Shown here: positions 9,608 to 21,675 of the stretch, piece after piece | Position numbering within the stretch: position 1 is the stretch's first letter | Layout of the letters: each line of letters starts with the position of its first letter | DNA from: Calditrichia bacterium | GTDB taxonomy: Bacteria; Calditrichota; Calditrichia; JAJRVZ01 | Assembly: GCA_963796965.1 (NCBI GenBank) | Contig: CAWCNS010000007.1 | Location: 768,001 to 832,000 of the forward strand | Direction: 5' to 3' | Length of the DNA stretch: 64,000 nt | The notes under the pieces: model-generated | The model's input: the letters and a program-made list of their open reading frames with translations, nothing else | Databases searched by the model: none | What the model was told of the DNA's origin: nothing | Position numbers and translations under genes: made by a program

Positions 9608-12194
9608 ATGATAATAATAACGCCTTCCTGTCTAAAAAATACCACAAGGTTAATTATATCTTTGGTGCAATTTACTGTGTTATCCTCAGTTTTTGTACTT
9701 AACCCTTTAGTGTATGCATCGAACATCCAGAGACTTTCTTTTCCGGGTGATGGTAATCTCTTACATGTAAGTAACTGGCAAATCTCCTCAGAAGAGCATA
9801 ATATTTCTGATGATATTAATTTACCTATGTTGGCACCATCATCCTGGGACCAGGTTACCTTTCGGAGCATTTTCCATATTACTGATTCACTTCAAAACAA
9901 AAACCTGAATTTGCGAATCAGTAAAATTATTGGAATTGCTTCCATAAAAATCAATAACATTGCAGTCCGGCATCGTCTGAATTATCCAACCAATTTTACC
10001 ATACCAATACCCCAAAATTTACTCAACACAAATGGGGAGAATTCACTTGAGATTGACATAAAAAAACTTCAATCACCGGATGAAGGTATTCCTGAAATGG
10101 TTCGTTTGTTTAGCAGGGAGAAAAATCTGGGGATCTGTGGTGAAGTTTATCTAACCTGGGACAAAAATGTACGTTTCTCAGGGATGAATCATAGATATAG
10201 CAATAAGAGTCTTAGCTATCACTATCAATTAATTATTAATGACCCTACCCTTATCTCAAAAGCGCCTTTTTCCAAAATTCGGTGTGAAGAGGAGATCCTT
10301 GCTCCGGATGGGATGATCATTCATAAGCGTTTTGAATACCTTGATCTATCTGAGTTAAATAAGAATTTTACACGGACTATAAATATCACCGAACCACAGT
10401 TATGGTCAGCCGACACAAGTTTGTTCTATACCATTAGCTTACGTGCCTTATCAGGATTGGGATCGGTTGCCTCATTTGAACAAAAGATAGGCTTGCGCGA
10501 ATTTGATATTAAAGAAGGAAATTTTTATATCAATGAACAAGCCACAAAAATAAAGGGCTGCACTTATAGGATTAACTATCCTGTTTATTTATCAGATGAT
10601 ATTGAGAAACAATCAATTTCTTTTTATAAACAGATAAGAGATGATCTGATCGATATCAAAAAGATCGGATTCAATTCAATTCGCTTCCCGCAGGATGCTG
10701 CCCATCCCTATTGTTTTCATCTGGCTGATTCATTAGGGCTCTACCTGTTCATTGAGAATGGATTTTGGCGGATTCCGGAACCATATTTTAAAAATGATCG
10801 CCTGTTACAAGCATCAAAAACAATAGCAGATGAAGCCATCACGGACTATGCACATCATCCTTCATTTATGGCACTTGGATTAGGAACAGAAATACCAATT
10901 CATCTCCCGGCGGTAGAAAAATTTATCCTCATATTAAAACGATATATTGAGCAGAAATCATCAGTAGCGTTATATCTCATTCCCTTAAATCATCACTTTA
11001 TCAAAACAAAACCGGTTACAGATTTTTATATCTTCAATAAATATGACATTTCCCTCTTAACGAATTATGAGGAAGTATTAAATTTCTTCAGGAATAATAG
11101 TCATACGGATATTAAACCTTTATGGGGGAATGTGGGATTTTCACTCTCTAATGGCAATGAAATTGAGGATAATTCTATCTCTGAGAATATTCAGGCAACA
11201 AAAATGAATTCATTTTTTCAACTTTTAAATACAAATTCGAATCACAACGGATATTTTATAGAAACGTATCGAGATTGGCAATCAGATGTACCAGCACGTA
11301 TTGCACTCAGTTCTGATGATGGTCGGTGCGTGTATCCCTATGGTTTATTAGATTGGAAGGGAAATAAACGAAAAATCTATCATTTAATGCCAGAGCTTCT
11401 AAATAATCAAATAAGAACCTCTATAATGAAGCCATTGGATGTAATTAAAACAAATTATTTTAGCATTTCTGTGTTTATTTTATCAATATTTTTCTTTTAT
11501 ATTTACCAAAGAGATTATCGATTCAGGGAGAATCTAAAAAGATCACTATCCCATCCATTCGGCTTTTTTGTGGATCTGCGTGACAGGCGAATCATTTCCA
11601 TTTTAGATTCTACCATCATTGGTCTTTATACAAATTTTTTAGTGGCAACCATCATTGCTGCCTATCTCTTCTTTATGCGTGACAATTTACTATTCGATGA
11701 ATATCTCAGTTCTGTTCTTGTTCCTCTAAACCTAAAATCATTCTATGTCAAAATCATAGATTCACCCATGAAAATATCATTTTTAATTTGGATATTTTTT
11801 TATTTCATGCAATTAACTGTTGTAATCATCCTAAAAATTCTTAACTTATTTGCTGTTGAAAAAATCAGGTTCCGGCAGTATTTGGCTATTTGCAACTGGG
11901 CGGGGGCTCCCCTACTATTTTTATTACCGGCAAGTTTGCTTTCCTATCACCTGATGTTTTATAAATGGTATTACTGGTTATGCTATTTTAATCCTGGTAA
12001 TTTTCTTCTTATGGTATAATTTCCGATTAGGAAACAGCCTGCGTGTATTGCTAACTATGAGGGTTTTTAAAACGTTTGCCCTTTTAATAATCGCATATGG
12101 AGGAGCATACTTCCTCTTTCGGGTGATATTTGAAAAAAATTACGGTTTAATATCTTATTTTAATCTTTTAAACGACGCAATTCTTTTATTCTGA
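9608..12194 (+). CDS. GH2-like protein with C-terminal polytopic membrane domain; +1 frameshift near 11965
   Basis: PQLWS..FY, IGLREF, FYINEQ..IKG, DLIDIKKIGFNSIR, LADSLGLY, HHPS, YGLLD..GNKR; hydrophobic C-terminus continues in the shifted frame to TGA 12194. Confidence 0.7.
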
Positions 12195-12208
12195 ATTCCT
12201 GAGGTCTA

Positions 12209-15200
12209 ATGTACTTATCTAATCTGGAATTAATGGGCTTTAAATCCTTTGCCCAAAAAACAAAATTGAAATTTACAGACGGTATATCATGTGTTATCGG
12301 ACCTAATGGGTCTGGCAAGTCTAATATTGTGGATTCGATTCGCTGGGTTTTGGGTGAACAAAAAGCCTCAACACTCCGTACGGACAAAATGGAAAGTGTT
12401 ATTTTCAATGGATCTAAAGATCGCAAACCTCTTAATGTTGCGGAGGTTTCGATGACCATACATAATAATAAAAATGTTCTGTCAAGCGAATTCACTGATA
12501 TTGTGATTTCACGCCGACTTTATCGGTCTGGTGAAAGTCAGTATTTTATTAATAAAAGTGCCTGCCGCCTCAAAGATATCCACAATCTGTTTATGGACAC
12601 TGGTATGGGTGCCAACTCCTATTCTGTTATTGAGTTGAGCATGATTGAAAGTATCATCAGTGAGAATCCTTCTGAGAGGCGTCATTTATTCGAGGAAGCC
12701 GCTGGTGTAACCCGATATAAAGCCCACAGGAAATCTGCCCTTAGAAAACTTGACTCTACCCATCAGGATATGAGTAGAATTGATGACATTATATCGGAGA
12801 TTACCAGGAACGTTAACAGTCTTATCCCGTCAGGTTGGCAAAGCCAGGCGATATCTGAAATTTCAGGATGAATTAAAAAATCTTGATATCGGTCTTTCTC
12901 GCTATAATTTCACACACCTGCAAGATCAGATTGCTCCTTTGAAAAAAACATTAGAAGAGATAAGTCTGATAAAAGAGGACACCAGTCAACAAATCACCCT
13001 GGAAGAGGCTATCCTTGAAGAATATAAGAGAGAATTAATTCAAACCGAACAAAGCATCAGTATATTTTCACAACAGCTTCATGAACAGGATGAAAAGTTA
13101 CATCAAATTAAAGAGCAGGCAGCAATTGCTAACACCCGTTCGCAGAACTTACAGGATAATATTAAACGAAATCTCGATGATATTGAAGATTACGAAAATA
13201 AATCGAAAGTACTGCTCGGAAGATCAAAGGAGACCAAAGAATCTCTTAATAACGCATCAAAAAAATATGAAGACATTCATTCCCGATATGATCAACAAAA
13301 TACAAAAGCACAAAAACGTGTTGCAGAATTACGTGAAAAAAAGGAAATCCTCGATAAAATCAATTCAGATCAGAGGAAACATCTGGGAACAGTGCAATCG
13401 TTGCGGGAAATCCTTCAACAAAAAAAATACCAGATTCAGTGGAATACAGAACAACTTGAACTTTACAACTCCGAGAATCAATCCCTTACTGATGCAAAAG
13501 ATAATCTAGAAGAAAAACTCAAAGAAATTCTGAAGCTGAAAACAGGAAAAAGAAAACCAGAAATCAAAATTTCAGGCAACACAGGATGAATCTCAACAGA
13601 GAATAGATGATATTGACAGTAAAATCGCTGAGAATGACAATAAAACTAATCAGTATAAAGTCAAAATTGAGAGTCTAACGTCTCAACTTTCCTTCTATCA
13701 GGATGTTTTGTCCAATTATCAGGGCCACCTGGAAAGTACCCGTACACTTATGATCAACAAAAGTGTTTTTCCAGGTATCCATGGTCCCATTTCTGATTTA
13801 ATTGACATTCCCGAATCCTATGCCCCGGCGTTAGAAGTTGCTTTAGGCGATGCTATCAACTATCTGGTTGTAAATGATGTCTCTACAGCTGAAAATATTA
13901 TTAAATATATTGAAGAAAAGAAACTCGGTCGGGTCACGTTAATTCCTCTTGAATTAATTAAAAAACTAAAAATTGGCCTCGAGAAAATGGAAAACAATAA
14001 CTCCCTGCTGGATCAGGTAAAATGCGAGGCTGATTATCAGGCTGTATTAACTCTACTTCTTGGAGATGTAATTCTCGTAGAGAATCTTAAGGAGGCTATA
14101 GAATTGGCTTCCAAAAATCCCGAATATCGCTATGTCACCCGAAGTGGGAAAATGCTTAATAAATTTAAGGGAATCAGTGGCGGACACAAATCTGATCCGG
14201 AAACATCTCTTATCGGGCGCAAAGAACACATCGCAAATATCGAGAAAACTCTCAAAGACCTGGGAGACAAGTTTTCCGGAGCGAATAGGGACATTGATAA
14301 GTTGCGTCAGCAAAAAGAAAAATGTATCTCAGAGTTTGAAACATTAAGACAAGAGGTCATGTTAAGAGAGTCAAGTATTAGAGAACTTGAAAGAAAAGAA
14401 ACAGAGATTCAGGTTCAAAAGCAAAACAATACGGATTCACTTGATAAACGTTTATCAGACAAGAATGACGTTCTTTCACAAATATCCTCACTAGAAAATG
14501 AAATAGAAATTGATGTAAAAAAACTATCTAATCACGAAAAAGAATTAGAATTGATCGAGAAACGTATTTCTGAATTAACGATAACCTATGAATCAGAAGA
14601 AAAGAGTGTACAGGAAAACACTGAAATCACTCAAAAAATGAATGTTGAGCGAATAAATGCTCAAAATGCATTATCCAATTTTGATTCTGATTTCAAACGT
14701 CTCCAATCTGATATTGAGGAAACTGAGAAGTTATGCAATAAGAGAAAATCTGAGATTGAAGAAATGCAGACAGAAATTGACCAGATAGAAAAGGACTCAG
14801 AAGAGAGGGACAAAAATAAGAAATCAATACTTGAAGATCATGATAAGATAGAAAAAGAAAAAATCGAAGTGGAACAGGGATATCATGAAGTAAAAGATAA
14901 AATTATAAATCTTGAGAACCAGATAAAAAAGTTTCGGAAGCAACACGATTCATCCCTGGAACGAACACGCCAATTAGAATTGGAAATTCAGGAAAGCGAA
15001 ATGAAATCGGAGTCAATTAAGGAGAGAATTCGTCAGGAATATAATGAAGATGTTAGTGTTGGGATCTCTTATGATGGGTTAAACGTAGAAGAAAGTGAAC
15101 AGCAGATTGAAACCCTCAAGTTTAAACTCAGTCAAATGGGACAAGTCAATCCACTGGCTGTATCAGAATATGATAAAGAAAGCGAGCGTCTTGAATTCTA

Positions 15201-15730
15201 TACAAAGCAATACGATGATCTGAAAAAAGCAGAAAAAACGTTATTGGAAACTATTAACAAAATAAATACAACGGCACGCAACCAGTTTAAAGAAACATTT
15301 GATAATATTAAAACAAACTTTGAACGTGTATTTTCAAGTTTTTTTGTAAATGGAGAAGGTACTCTTAGAATTGACCAGGATACCGATCCTCTTGAAGCGA
15401 ATATAGAAATTCTGGTGCGTCCAAAGGGAAATCGCATGCAAACAATTAGTCTTGCTCTCGGGTGGAGAAAAAACCTTGACAGCGATATCATTACTTTTTT
15501 CTATTTATTTGGTTAAACCAAGTCCATTTTGTATACTTGATGAGATTGATGCACCACTGGATGATGTGAATATTGGAAGATTTACTCAAGCGCTCGGTGA
15601 CTTTTCCAAAGAGACTCAATTCATTGTGGTCACCCATAACAAGAGAACTATGGAATCAGCAGGTACGCTATATGGTGTGACAATGGAAGAAGAGGGATTA
15701 TCTAAGCTGGTTTCCGTAAAATTTAACTAA
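12209..15730 (+). CDS. smc: Chromosome segregation protein SMC; three +1 frameshifts (about 12820, 13540, 15450)
   Basis: Walker A GPNGSGKSN, coiled coils, hinge (GIHG..ALEVALG..GRVTLIPL), LSGGEK, ILDEIDAPLD, VVTHN across four ORF pieces. Confidence 0.95.
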
Positions 15731-15740
15731 GAGGTACGAG

Positions 15741-17153
15741 ATGAAGCCTTTACGAATGTTCAAAGCCATACTGATTCTATTATCTCTCTTAAGTGTAGCA
15801 TCTGCACAATTAGATTTTCTTGCGTTAAATGTTGATTATGCTACCTTCTCCGGAAAATATGATAAAACATATACAGAAGTATATGTATCCTTTTTCCAGT
15901 CAGACCTGACATATAATATTGAAGACACATTAAATGTAGCACACTTTTCGCATCTGGTCAAAATAATGCAGAATGATTCTATCATTCATGAGTTCTCCAG
16001 AAATTATCAAAACGATATTCCATTGGACACAGAACCAGGGCTGGGAAGTCAATTCATGGATGTTTTTGCTTTTGAGTTAGAACCTGGTGATTATACTATT
16101 GTCACCTATATTACCGATAATATCTCCAAAAGGCAGGGTGAATATAAATTGGAAGCAGACATTCCCCTATATAAATCCGGGTTGTCTTTAAGCGACATTC
16201 AGATAGCAACAAAAATCTCTAAAACTGATAAAAAATCAAACTTTAGTGCAAAGAATAATCTGGAAATTCTTCCAAATCCTAGCCGAACCTATGGCATCGC
16301 ACAGCCCATCCTTTATTTTTATTTTGAAGTTTATGATCTAAAATTAAATACAAATAAACAGAATCGTTATAATTATCACTACTATATTTCCGATGTTGAT
16401 GGTCGAAGAGTAAGAGATTTTGCTGAAAAAGTTAAATCAAGCGGATCAAAAGTTATCGCCGAGGCCGGTGGTACAAATATCATTACCCTCGCTTCCAATT
16501 CCTACTTCCTGAATATTGAAATTGAAGATTTACAATCAAGGAAAAAGGCTTTAGCCCGGAAAAAATTTCGGGTTTACAAACCGAGCCGGCAATCCAGTGA
16601 GGAACAAATTCAGGCTCGTATGGAAGGTTACGAAGAGTATATGGGGTATAGCAAAGAGCAGTTAGAGACAGAATTTAAACAGGTAACCTACATCGCAAGT
16701 AAACAAGAGGTCAATATTTTTGAAGAATTAGATACGGCAGGGAAAAGAAGGTTCTTGGCTGAGTTCTGGAAAAGACGCGATCCGGACCAAACCACAGAAG
16801 TTAATGAATATAAAGGTGAATATTTTGAGAGTCTGCAATACGCTAATGCTACATTCTCCAGTGCCTTTAAGGAAGGCTGGCGGACAGATCAGGGGCGGGT
16901 CATTCTGGTATACGGAAAACCCGACGAAATAGAGCGAAATCCAAGCAGTCTAAATACTTCCCCTTATGAAATCTGGTATTATTATGCGCTCGAGGGTGGT
17001 GCTGAATTTGTATTTGGGGATCTGACCGGTCATGGGGATTTTGAGTTATTGCATTCAAATTACCGAAATGAAATAAAAGATCCCACCTGGAGAGAAAGAA
17101 TTGGCGCTGTTCGAAGGGACTTTGGTGGCGATACTGGAATTGATAATTATTAA
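15741..17153 (+). CDS. GWxTD domain-containing exported protein
   Basis: Signal peptide; FWKRRDPD..NEYK..EGWRTDQGRVILVYGKPDEI..EIWYY. Confidence 0.9.
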   Translation: MKPLRMFKAILILLSLLSVASAQLDFLALNVDYATFSGKYDKTYTEVYVSFFQSDLTYNIEDTLNVAHFSHLVKIMQNDSIIHEFSRNYQNDIPLDTEPGLGSQFMDVFAFELEPGDYTIVTYITDNISKRQGEYKLEADIPLYKSGLSLSDIQIATKISKTDKKSNFSAKNNLEILPNPSRTYGIAQPILYFYFEVYDLKLNTNKQNRYNYHYYISDVDGRRVRDFAEKVKSSGSKVIAEAGGTNIITLASNSYFLNIEIEDLQSRKKALARKKFRVYKPSRQSSEEQIQARMEGYEEYMGYSKEQLETEFKQVTYIASKQEVNIFEELDTAGKRRFLAEFWKRRDPDQTTEVNEYKGEYFESLQYANATFSSAFKEGWRTDQGRVILVYGKPDEIERNPSSLNTSPYEIWYYYALEGGAEFVFGDLTGHGDFELLHSNYRNEIKDPTWRERIGAVRRDFGGDTGIDNY

Positions 17154-17367
17154 ATAACTGCAGCCACACGTAATTTTATCATTTGGGTCATTTTCGAATT
17201 TCTCGCAAAGCCGCAGACGCAAAGAAATATAAAAATAATGATTTGAGAGAATAAATATAATAATTCCCAAAAAATCAACAAATAAACAACAAAATTAATT
17301 CGTAAAATTCGGTTTAATTAGTATCAGACACAGCCTGATCGCGAACATATCACTTCAGATAATGAAA

Positions 17368-18267
17368 TCATTTAGAATTCTGATTTCTTAATTTATTTCG
17401 AAAATCTTCACCCCAACCTAGCTTTTCACGGAGGATAGTGTAAAATTCCTGTTCCGGAATCTGAACCAGGTGGACATTATACTCTGCCTTTTCAAGACTT
17501 ACCTGTGTACCCACCGGATAAGTACCAATATGTTCCCCATCACCAAACACATTGAACTTCTTATGCTCACTTTCAATATCAAGTGTAATTTTAGTCTGGT
17601 CCGATACGACAATAGGCCTGTTACTTAACGTATGCGGGCATATAGGGTTTATAATAAAGGCATTGGTCTGTGGGGCGACAATAGGACCGCCATTGGCTAA
17701 CGAGTATGCAGTAGATCCTGTAGGAGTTGATATGACGATACCATCCGCCATATATGAGTTGAGGAGACGATTATCAATTTTAGTTGTTATGTTTATCAAT
17801 CTCGAGAATCCTGCCTTATCGACAACAAGATCATTAAGCAAAAAGTGCTCTTTTTGCTCCCCTTCAATTCTCACCATAAGAACACTTCTTTTTTCTACAT
17901 TCAACTGTCCTTTAAAGAAAGCATCAACATGTAAATTGGCCCATTCTACCGTTGAAGTGGTCAAAAAGCCCAATCCACCCAGATTAACGCCAAGAATTGG
18001 AATTTCACGTTTACCTATATGTCTGGCATTTCTTAATATCGTTCCATCTCCGCCAAAGGAAACAATTAAATCACTGGTCTCAAGTAATTCTAATTCGGTT
18101 TTAATTGATATATGTGAGGGAAGGCTTGAATAAATTGCCTTCAATGAATCTGGTACCTGGTAGACGTGTTCACTTTCTTTAACAAGAGTGAAAAATTCGA
18201 GAAGCACATCTTTTATAATCGATTTATTGGTATTGGCAAGTATCCCAACATACTTCATCGTTACCAC
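17368..18267 (-). CDS. nadK: NAD(+) kinase
   Basis: GGDGTIL, GVNLGGLGFL, LNDLVV, ADG..STPTGSTAYSLANGGP, PICPHTL. Confidence 0.95.
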   Translation of the reverse strand: MVTMKYVGILANTNKSIIKDVLLEFFTLVKESEHVYQVPDSLKAIYSSLPSHISIKTELELLETSDLIVSFGGDGTILRNARHIGKREIPILGVNLGGLGFLTTSTVEWANLHVDAFFKGQLNVEKRSVLMVRIEGEQKEHFLLNDLVVDKAGFSRLINITTKIDNRLLNSYMADGIVISTPTGSTAYSLANGGPIVAPQTNAFIINPICPHTLSNRPIVVSDQTKITLDIESEHKKFNVFGDGEHIGTYPVGTQVSLEKAEYNVHLVQIPEQEFYTILREKLGWGEDFRNKLRNQNSK

Positions 18268-18277
18268 CTGTTTAATT

Positions 18278-18502
18278 TTATTCTTCGAAGGCTTCTAAAC
18301 TTATATTTTCGGCCTGATCTCCACTAAGAACACTTATTTTTTTTTCAACATCATCGAGTTTGCTAAGACAGTATTTAATAAGATCAGAGCCCTCTTCATA
18401 TAATTTTGTCATATCTTCGAGAATTATATCACCATTCTCTAGTTCTGCTACAATTTCATTAAGCCTTATTATGGCATTTTCAAAAGTTTTCTTATTTGTC
18501 AT
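18278..18502 (-). CDS. xseB: Exodeoxyribonuclease VII small subunit
   Basis: FENAIIRLNEIVAELENG..LE..LYEEG..C..KL; overlaps the xseA end. Confidence 0.93.
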   Translation of the reverse strand: MTNKKTFENAIIRLNEIVAELENGDIILEDMTKLYEEGSDLIKYCLSKLDDVEKKISVLSGDQAENISLEAFEE

Positions 18503-19691
18503 GATTTTTATCCAATACCTTGCTGTTTATGTGCCCGTCTCTTAGTTTTATGGTAATCTGATCCTCAACTTCTACTCTGTTCACAGATGAAACAGGAATA
18601 CCCTCTTTTAACACCATCGCATATCCACGATTTAACACATTCATTGGATTGAGGGATATAAGACGTTCCTGATACCCCTCAATGGTATGTTTATATCCTG
18701 AAAATTGGTTTATACCAGACAGATGAAGACGTTGCGTCAATTCTTCTATAAGCAACATTTTCTGCTGCAGAATATCTTTTGGCCGTCTAAAAGCATAACT
18801 TTTCTGAATATTAATAACATCTTTACGCAAAGTGGATATATTTACCACAATTTTAGAAAAAAGTGATTTACCCATATCTCGAAACCAATTACGCATTTCA
18901 TTATCATCTGGTAAGGCCATTTCAGCAGCAGCGGAGGGCGTAGGGGCACGCAAATCAGCGACGAAATCACTTATCGTAAAGTCAATTTCATGGCCAACCG
19001 CAGAGATAACAGGGATAATAGAATCATGGATAGCCCTGGCAACTCTCTCCTCGTTAAATGCCCAAAGATCTTCAAGTGATCCACCACCTCTTCCCACAAT
19101 TAAAACATCTACCGGGCAATGAGCATTAAAGCGATCGATCGCACCAGCAATTTCATTTGCAGAACCATCACCCTGAACTTTAACGCCACAAATTATAAGC
19201 TCTGTTGAAGGAGAACGTCGTTTAGCAATGGAAAGAATGTCTTTTATAGCAGCACCAGTTGGAGAGGTGATGATACCAATTTTTTGCGGATAGGGAGGAA
19301 TTTCTTTTTTTATTGAAGGGTCAAACAAACCTTCTTCAGCTAATTTTTGCTTTAGCAATTCAAATTGCAATTGCAGGTCACCAAGCCCGGCGGGCTCAAC
19401 ACGCAACAAATCAAGCTGATATCTTCCTGCTTTTTCATAAACCCGGATAGTGCCAAATACACGTATCTGAAGGCCATCACGCATCTCCATCGATAATGAA
19501 GAGGCTCGGGATCGCCACATCACGCATGAAATCTGGGCATCACGATCTTTTAATGTAAAATAGAGATGCCCGGAGTGATGAGGACGAAAGTTTGAAACCT
19601 CACCTTCTACCCAGAGAGCAGGAAAACTATCCTCGAGTAAAAGTTTTACTTGTCTGGATATTTCACTAACAGAATAGACTTTTATATCCAT
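18492..19691 (-). CDS. xseA: Exodeoxyribonuclease VII large subunit
   Basis: WVEGEVSN..SGHLYFTLKD, ITSPTGAAIKD, GRGGGSLEDLWAFN, SAVGHEID, RAPTPSAAAE. Confidence 0.97.
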   Translation of the reverse strand: MDIKVYSVSEISRQVKLLLEDSFPALWVEGEVSNFRPHHSGHLYFTLKDRDAQISCVMWRSRASSLSMEMRDGLQIRVFGTIRVYEKAGRYQLDLLRVEPAGLGDLQLQFELLKQKLAEEGLFDPSIKKEIPPYPQKIGIITSPTGAAIKDILSIAKRRSPSTELIICGVKVQGDGSANEIAGAIDRFNAHCPVDVLIVGRGGGSLEDLWAFNEERVARAIHDSIIPVISAVGHEIDFTISDFVADLRAPTPSAAAEMALPDDNEMRNWFRDMGKSLFSKIVVNISTLRKDVINIQKSYAFRRPKDILQQKMLLIEELTQRLHLSGINQFSGYKHTIEGYQERLISLNPMNVLNRGYAMVLKEGIPVSSVNRVEVEDQITIKLRDGHINSKVLDKNHDK

Positions 19692-19738
19692 AGTAACAGA
19701 ATTAATCTACCAGACTTTAAGTTTAATTTATACTAAAA

Positions 19739-19831
19739 CTACTTCTTCTTTTTATGACGATCCTTGCGAAGCCTTTTTTTCCGCTTATGTGTCGCCATTT
19801 TTGCTCTTTTGCGTTTCTTACCGCTAGGCAT
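19739..19831 (-). CDS. 30-aa basic ribosomal protein, bS22/AURKAIP1-COX24 (mS38-like) family (absent from ORF track)
   Basis: MPSGKKRKRAKMATHKRKKRLRKDRHKKKK; TAAGGA RBS upstream. Confidence 0.85.
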   Translation of the reverse strand: MPSGKKRKRAKMATHKRKKRLRKDRHKKKK

Positions 19832-19954
19832 ATTTTCTTCCTTAAATGTTTATTTTATAATTCCAAGTAATTGTTTTTTATTTTACATTTTTTGGATTCG
19901 GAGATTCATACATCAAAATACATCCCATCCATCAAATATGCGAATAAGTTAGGT

Positions 19955-19983
19955 AATTTACTGCAATCTTTGCTTAGTGGCAA
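19955..19983 (-). promoter_or_regulatory. Putative sigma70 promoter for bS22-xseAB-nadK
   Basis: Minus strand TTGCCA-N17-TAAATT. Confidence 0.45.
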
Positions 19984-20021
19984 ATCCTTCGGGACTTTTT
20001 TTATCAATGATCAATATACAT

Positions 20022-21578
20022 TCACATAGCCGGTTCAACTCTGAGAGTATCATTCAGACAATTAAAATAATATATATCTAACTCATCAAGATAATTGTAG
20101 ATTGATGGCAAAAACATCTCAAAACGCCTATAGTCCTTATTTTCCTCGTTAGTCCAGGCAGATTCAGAGAACGCTATTATTCGAGGAAAACTCATAAAAT
20201 CAATCCATATTGGGGTTTTGAATCTTTCCGTCCATAAACATGCCTGTATCCCTTTTATTAATTCAAACTCTTCTGCAGTAAATGAATGCGTGCTATCAGG
20301 ATAGTGATATACATCCTGAATTGGACAAAAGCCGTCCCAACGACGGCCATTCTTATGCGAGTCGTGCTGTACAAAATCAAAATAGAGAGGTCTGCGAGGA
20401 CAAAGGATGATATTATATTCACCTTCCAGAGCGGCCTGAAGTCGCTCAGGTTTTTCATGATGCCACCAATACACTAATGTATTATCATTCGATAATCCGG
20501 CTTTTACAACGTCATCCCACCCCCCGACAATTTTGTCAAGCGTTTTTATGCTATCAGCCATTCGTTGAGAAAAATAATATTCAACTTCTTTGAGGTTAGA
20601 TAATTTCTCTCGCTTCATTAAAGATTTAATGGATTCATTTTTTCCCCATTCCTGGTTACCAAAATGTACCTCATCACCTCCAAAATGAATATATGGAGAC
20701 GGAAATAAATCACTTACCTCTCTGAGAATAGTTGTAAGATAGGCATAGGTTTCCTCTTTCCCAGGATTAAAAGTAAATTCAGGGTACCTTTCGCTTCCGC
20801 CACCAGAAAATTCAGGATAGGCCATATTTGCGGCCGTAGCATGTCCGGGCATTTCAATTTCAGGAATAATGGTAATAAATCTATCAGCGCCATAATCTAC
20901 AATTTCTTTAATTTCTTCCTGTGTATAAAAACTCACCGGAGCGTCAGGGTTGGTGTGATTTCCTTTGCCTCCAATAGTTGTTAATTTGGGAAATGCTTTA
21001 ATCTCTAAACGCCATCCGGGCGCATCAGTCAAATGCCAATGGAAAGTGTTAAGCTTTAAGATAGACATTAAATCGAGTAGCTGCATAACTTCTTCTTTAC
21101 CATAAAAATGACGCGCTTCATCAAGCAAATAACCCCTATATTCAAAACGAGGTTCATCATGAATAATACCACAAGGGATAGCATTATTCTGAGAAAATTT
21201 CATCCCTTGCCAAACCGTCATTAAACCATAAAAAATACCTTGTACATGCGAGGCTGTTATCAAAACCTTATTCTTTTCGACCTCCAATATATATGCTTCT
21301 TTGCCCATAGTATCCACAGTCGCCAATTCAAGAATAATTTTTTTACCAGATCCCCTGTTAACTGAAACGCCACTTTTATGTAACTTTTCTTTAAAAATCT
21401 TCACTGGAGATTTTAATATATTTTCTGAAAAAATAATATCAACACCCCGGTCAAAAGTAAAGCTGCCCGGTTGAACTGAAATAGAATTAGGATATGGATA
21501 AAGTATCCAATTCTCTGAATCGGGAGTACAACCAGTGATTATTAGTGCAAGTAAAGAAGTAAATAATAATAGTTTCAT
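20022..21578 (-). CDS. GH20 beta-N-acetylhexosaminidase, probable lipoprotein
   Basis: DEPRFEYRGYLLDEARHF, FHWHLTD..GWR, PEIEMPGH, catalytic HFGGDEV, CLWTE; ATG 21578 gives signal peptide ending ITG-C. Confidence 0.93.
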   Translation of the reverse strand: MKLLLFTSLLALIITGCTPDSENWILYPYPNSISVQPGSFTFDRGVDIIFSENILKSPVKIFKEKLHKSGVSVNRGSGKKIILELATVDTMGKEAYILEVEKNKVLITASHVQGIFYGLMTVWQGMKFSQNNAIPCGIIHDEPRFEYRGYLLDEARHFYGKEEVMQLLDLMSILKLNTFHWHLTDAPGWRLEIKAFPKLTTIGGKGNHTNPDAPVSFYTQEEIKEIVDYGADRFITIIPEIEMPGHATAANMAYPEFSGGGSERYPEFTFNPGKEETYAYLTTILREVSDLFPSPYIHFGGDEVHFGNQEWGKNESIKSLMKREKLSNLKEVEYYFSQRMADSIKTLDKIVGGWDDVVKAGLSNDNTLVYWWHHEKPERLQAALEGEYNIILCPRRPLYFDFVQHDSHKNGRRWDGFCPIQDVYHYPDSTHSFTAEEFELIKGIQACLWTERFKTPIWIDFMSFPRIIAFSESAWTNEENKDYRRFEMFLPSIYNYLDELDIYYFNCLNDTLRVEPAM

Positions 21579-21675
21579 AATTTCTAATCCTAAGCCCAAC
21601 CCATTTTTTCTCGGCGGCTATGCGGTCTCTGTATGAAATAAAATAAAGTTAAAGTGAAAGAATTTCCAGGGTGGG

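Noticed and set aside
12209..15730. smc and other split genes as true pseudogenes or programmed frameshifts
   Set aside because: Breaks hit many unrelated core genes, are explicable as single-base insertions, and show no shared slippery site or further decay. Sequencing error is the simpler explanation.
17552..18133. Long antisense ORFs (also 35418..35900, 45247..45708 and many shorter ones)
   Set aside because: They lie opposite well-supported genes and have no recognisable motifs.
19764..19952. 62-aa plus-strand ORF
   Set aside because: Antisense shadow of the bS22-like gene.
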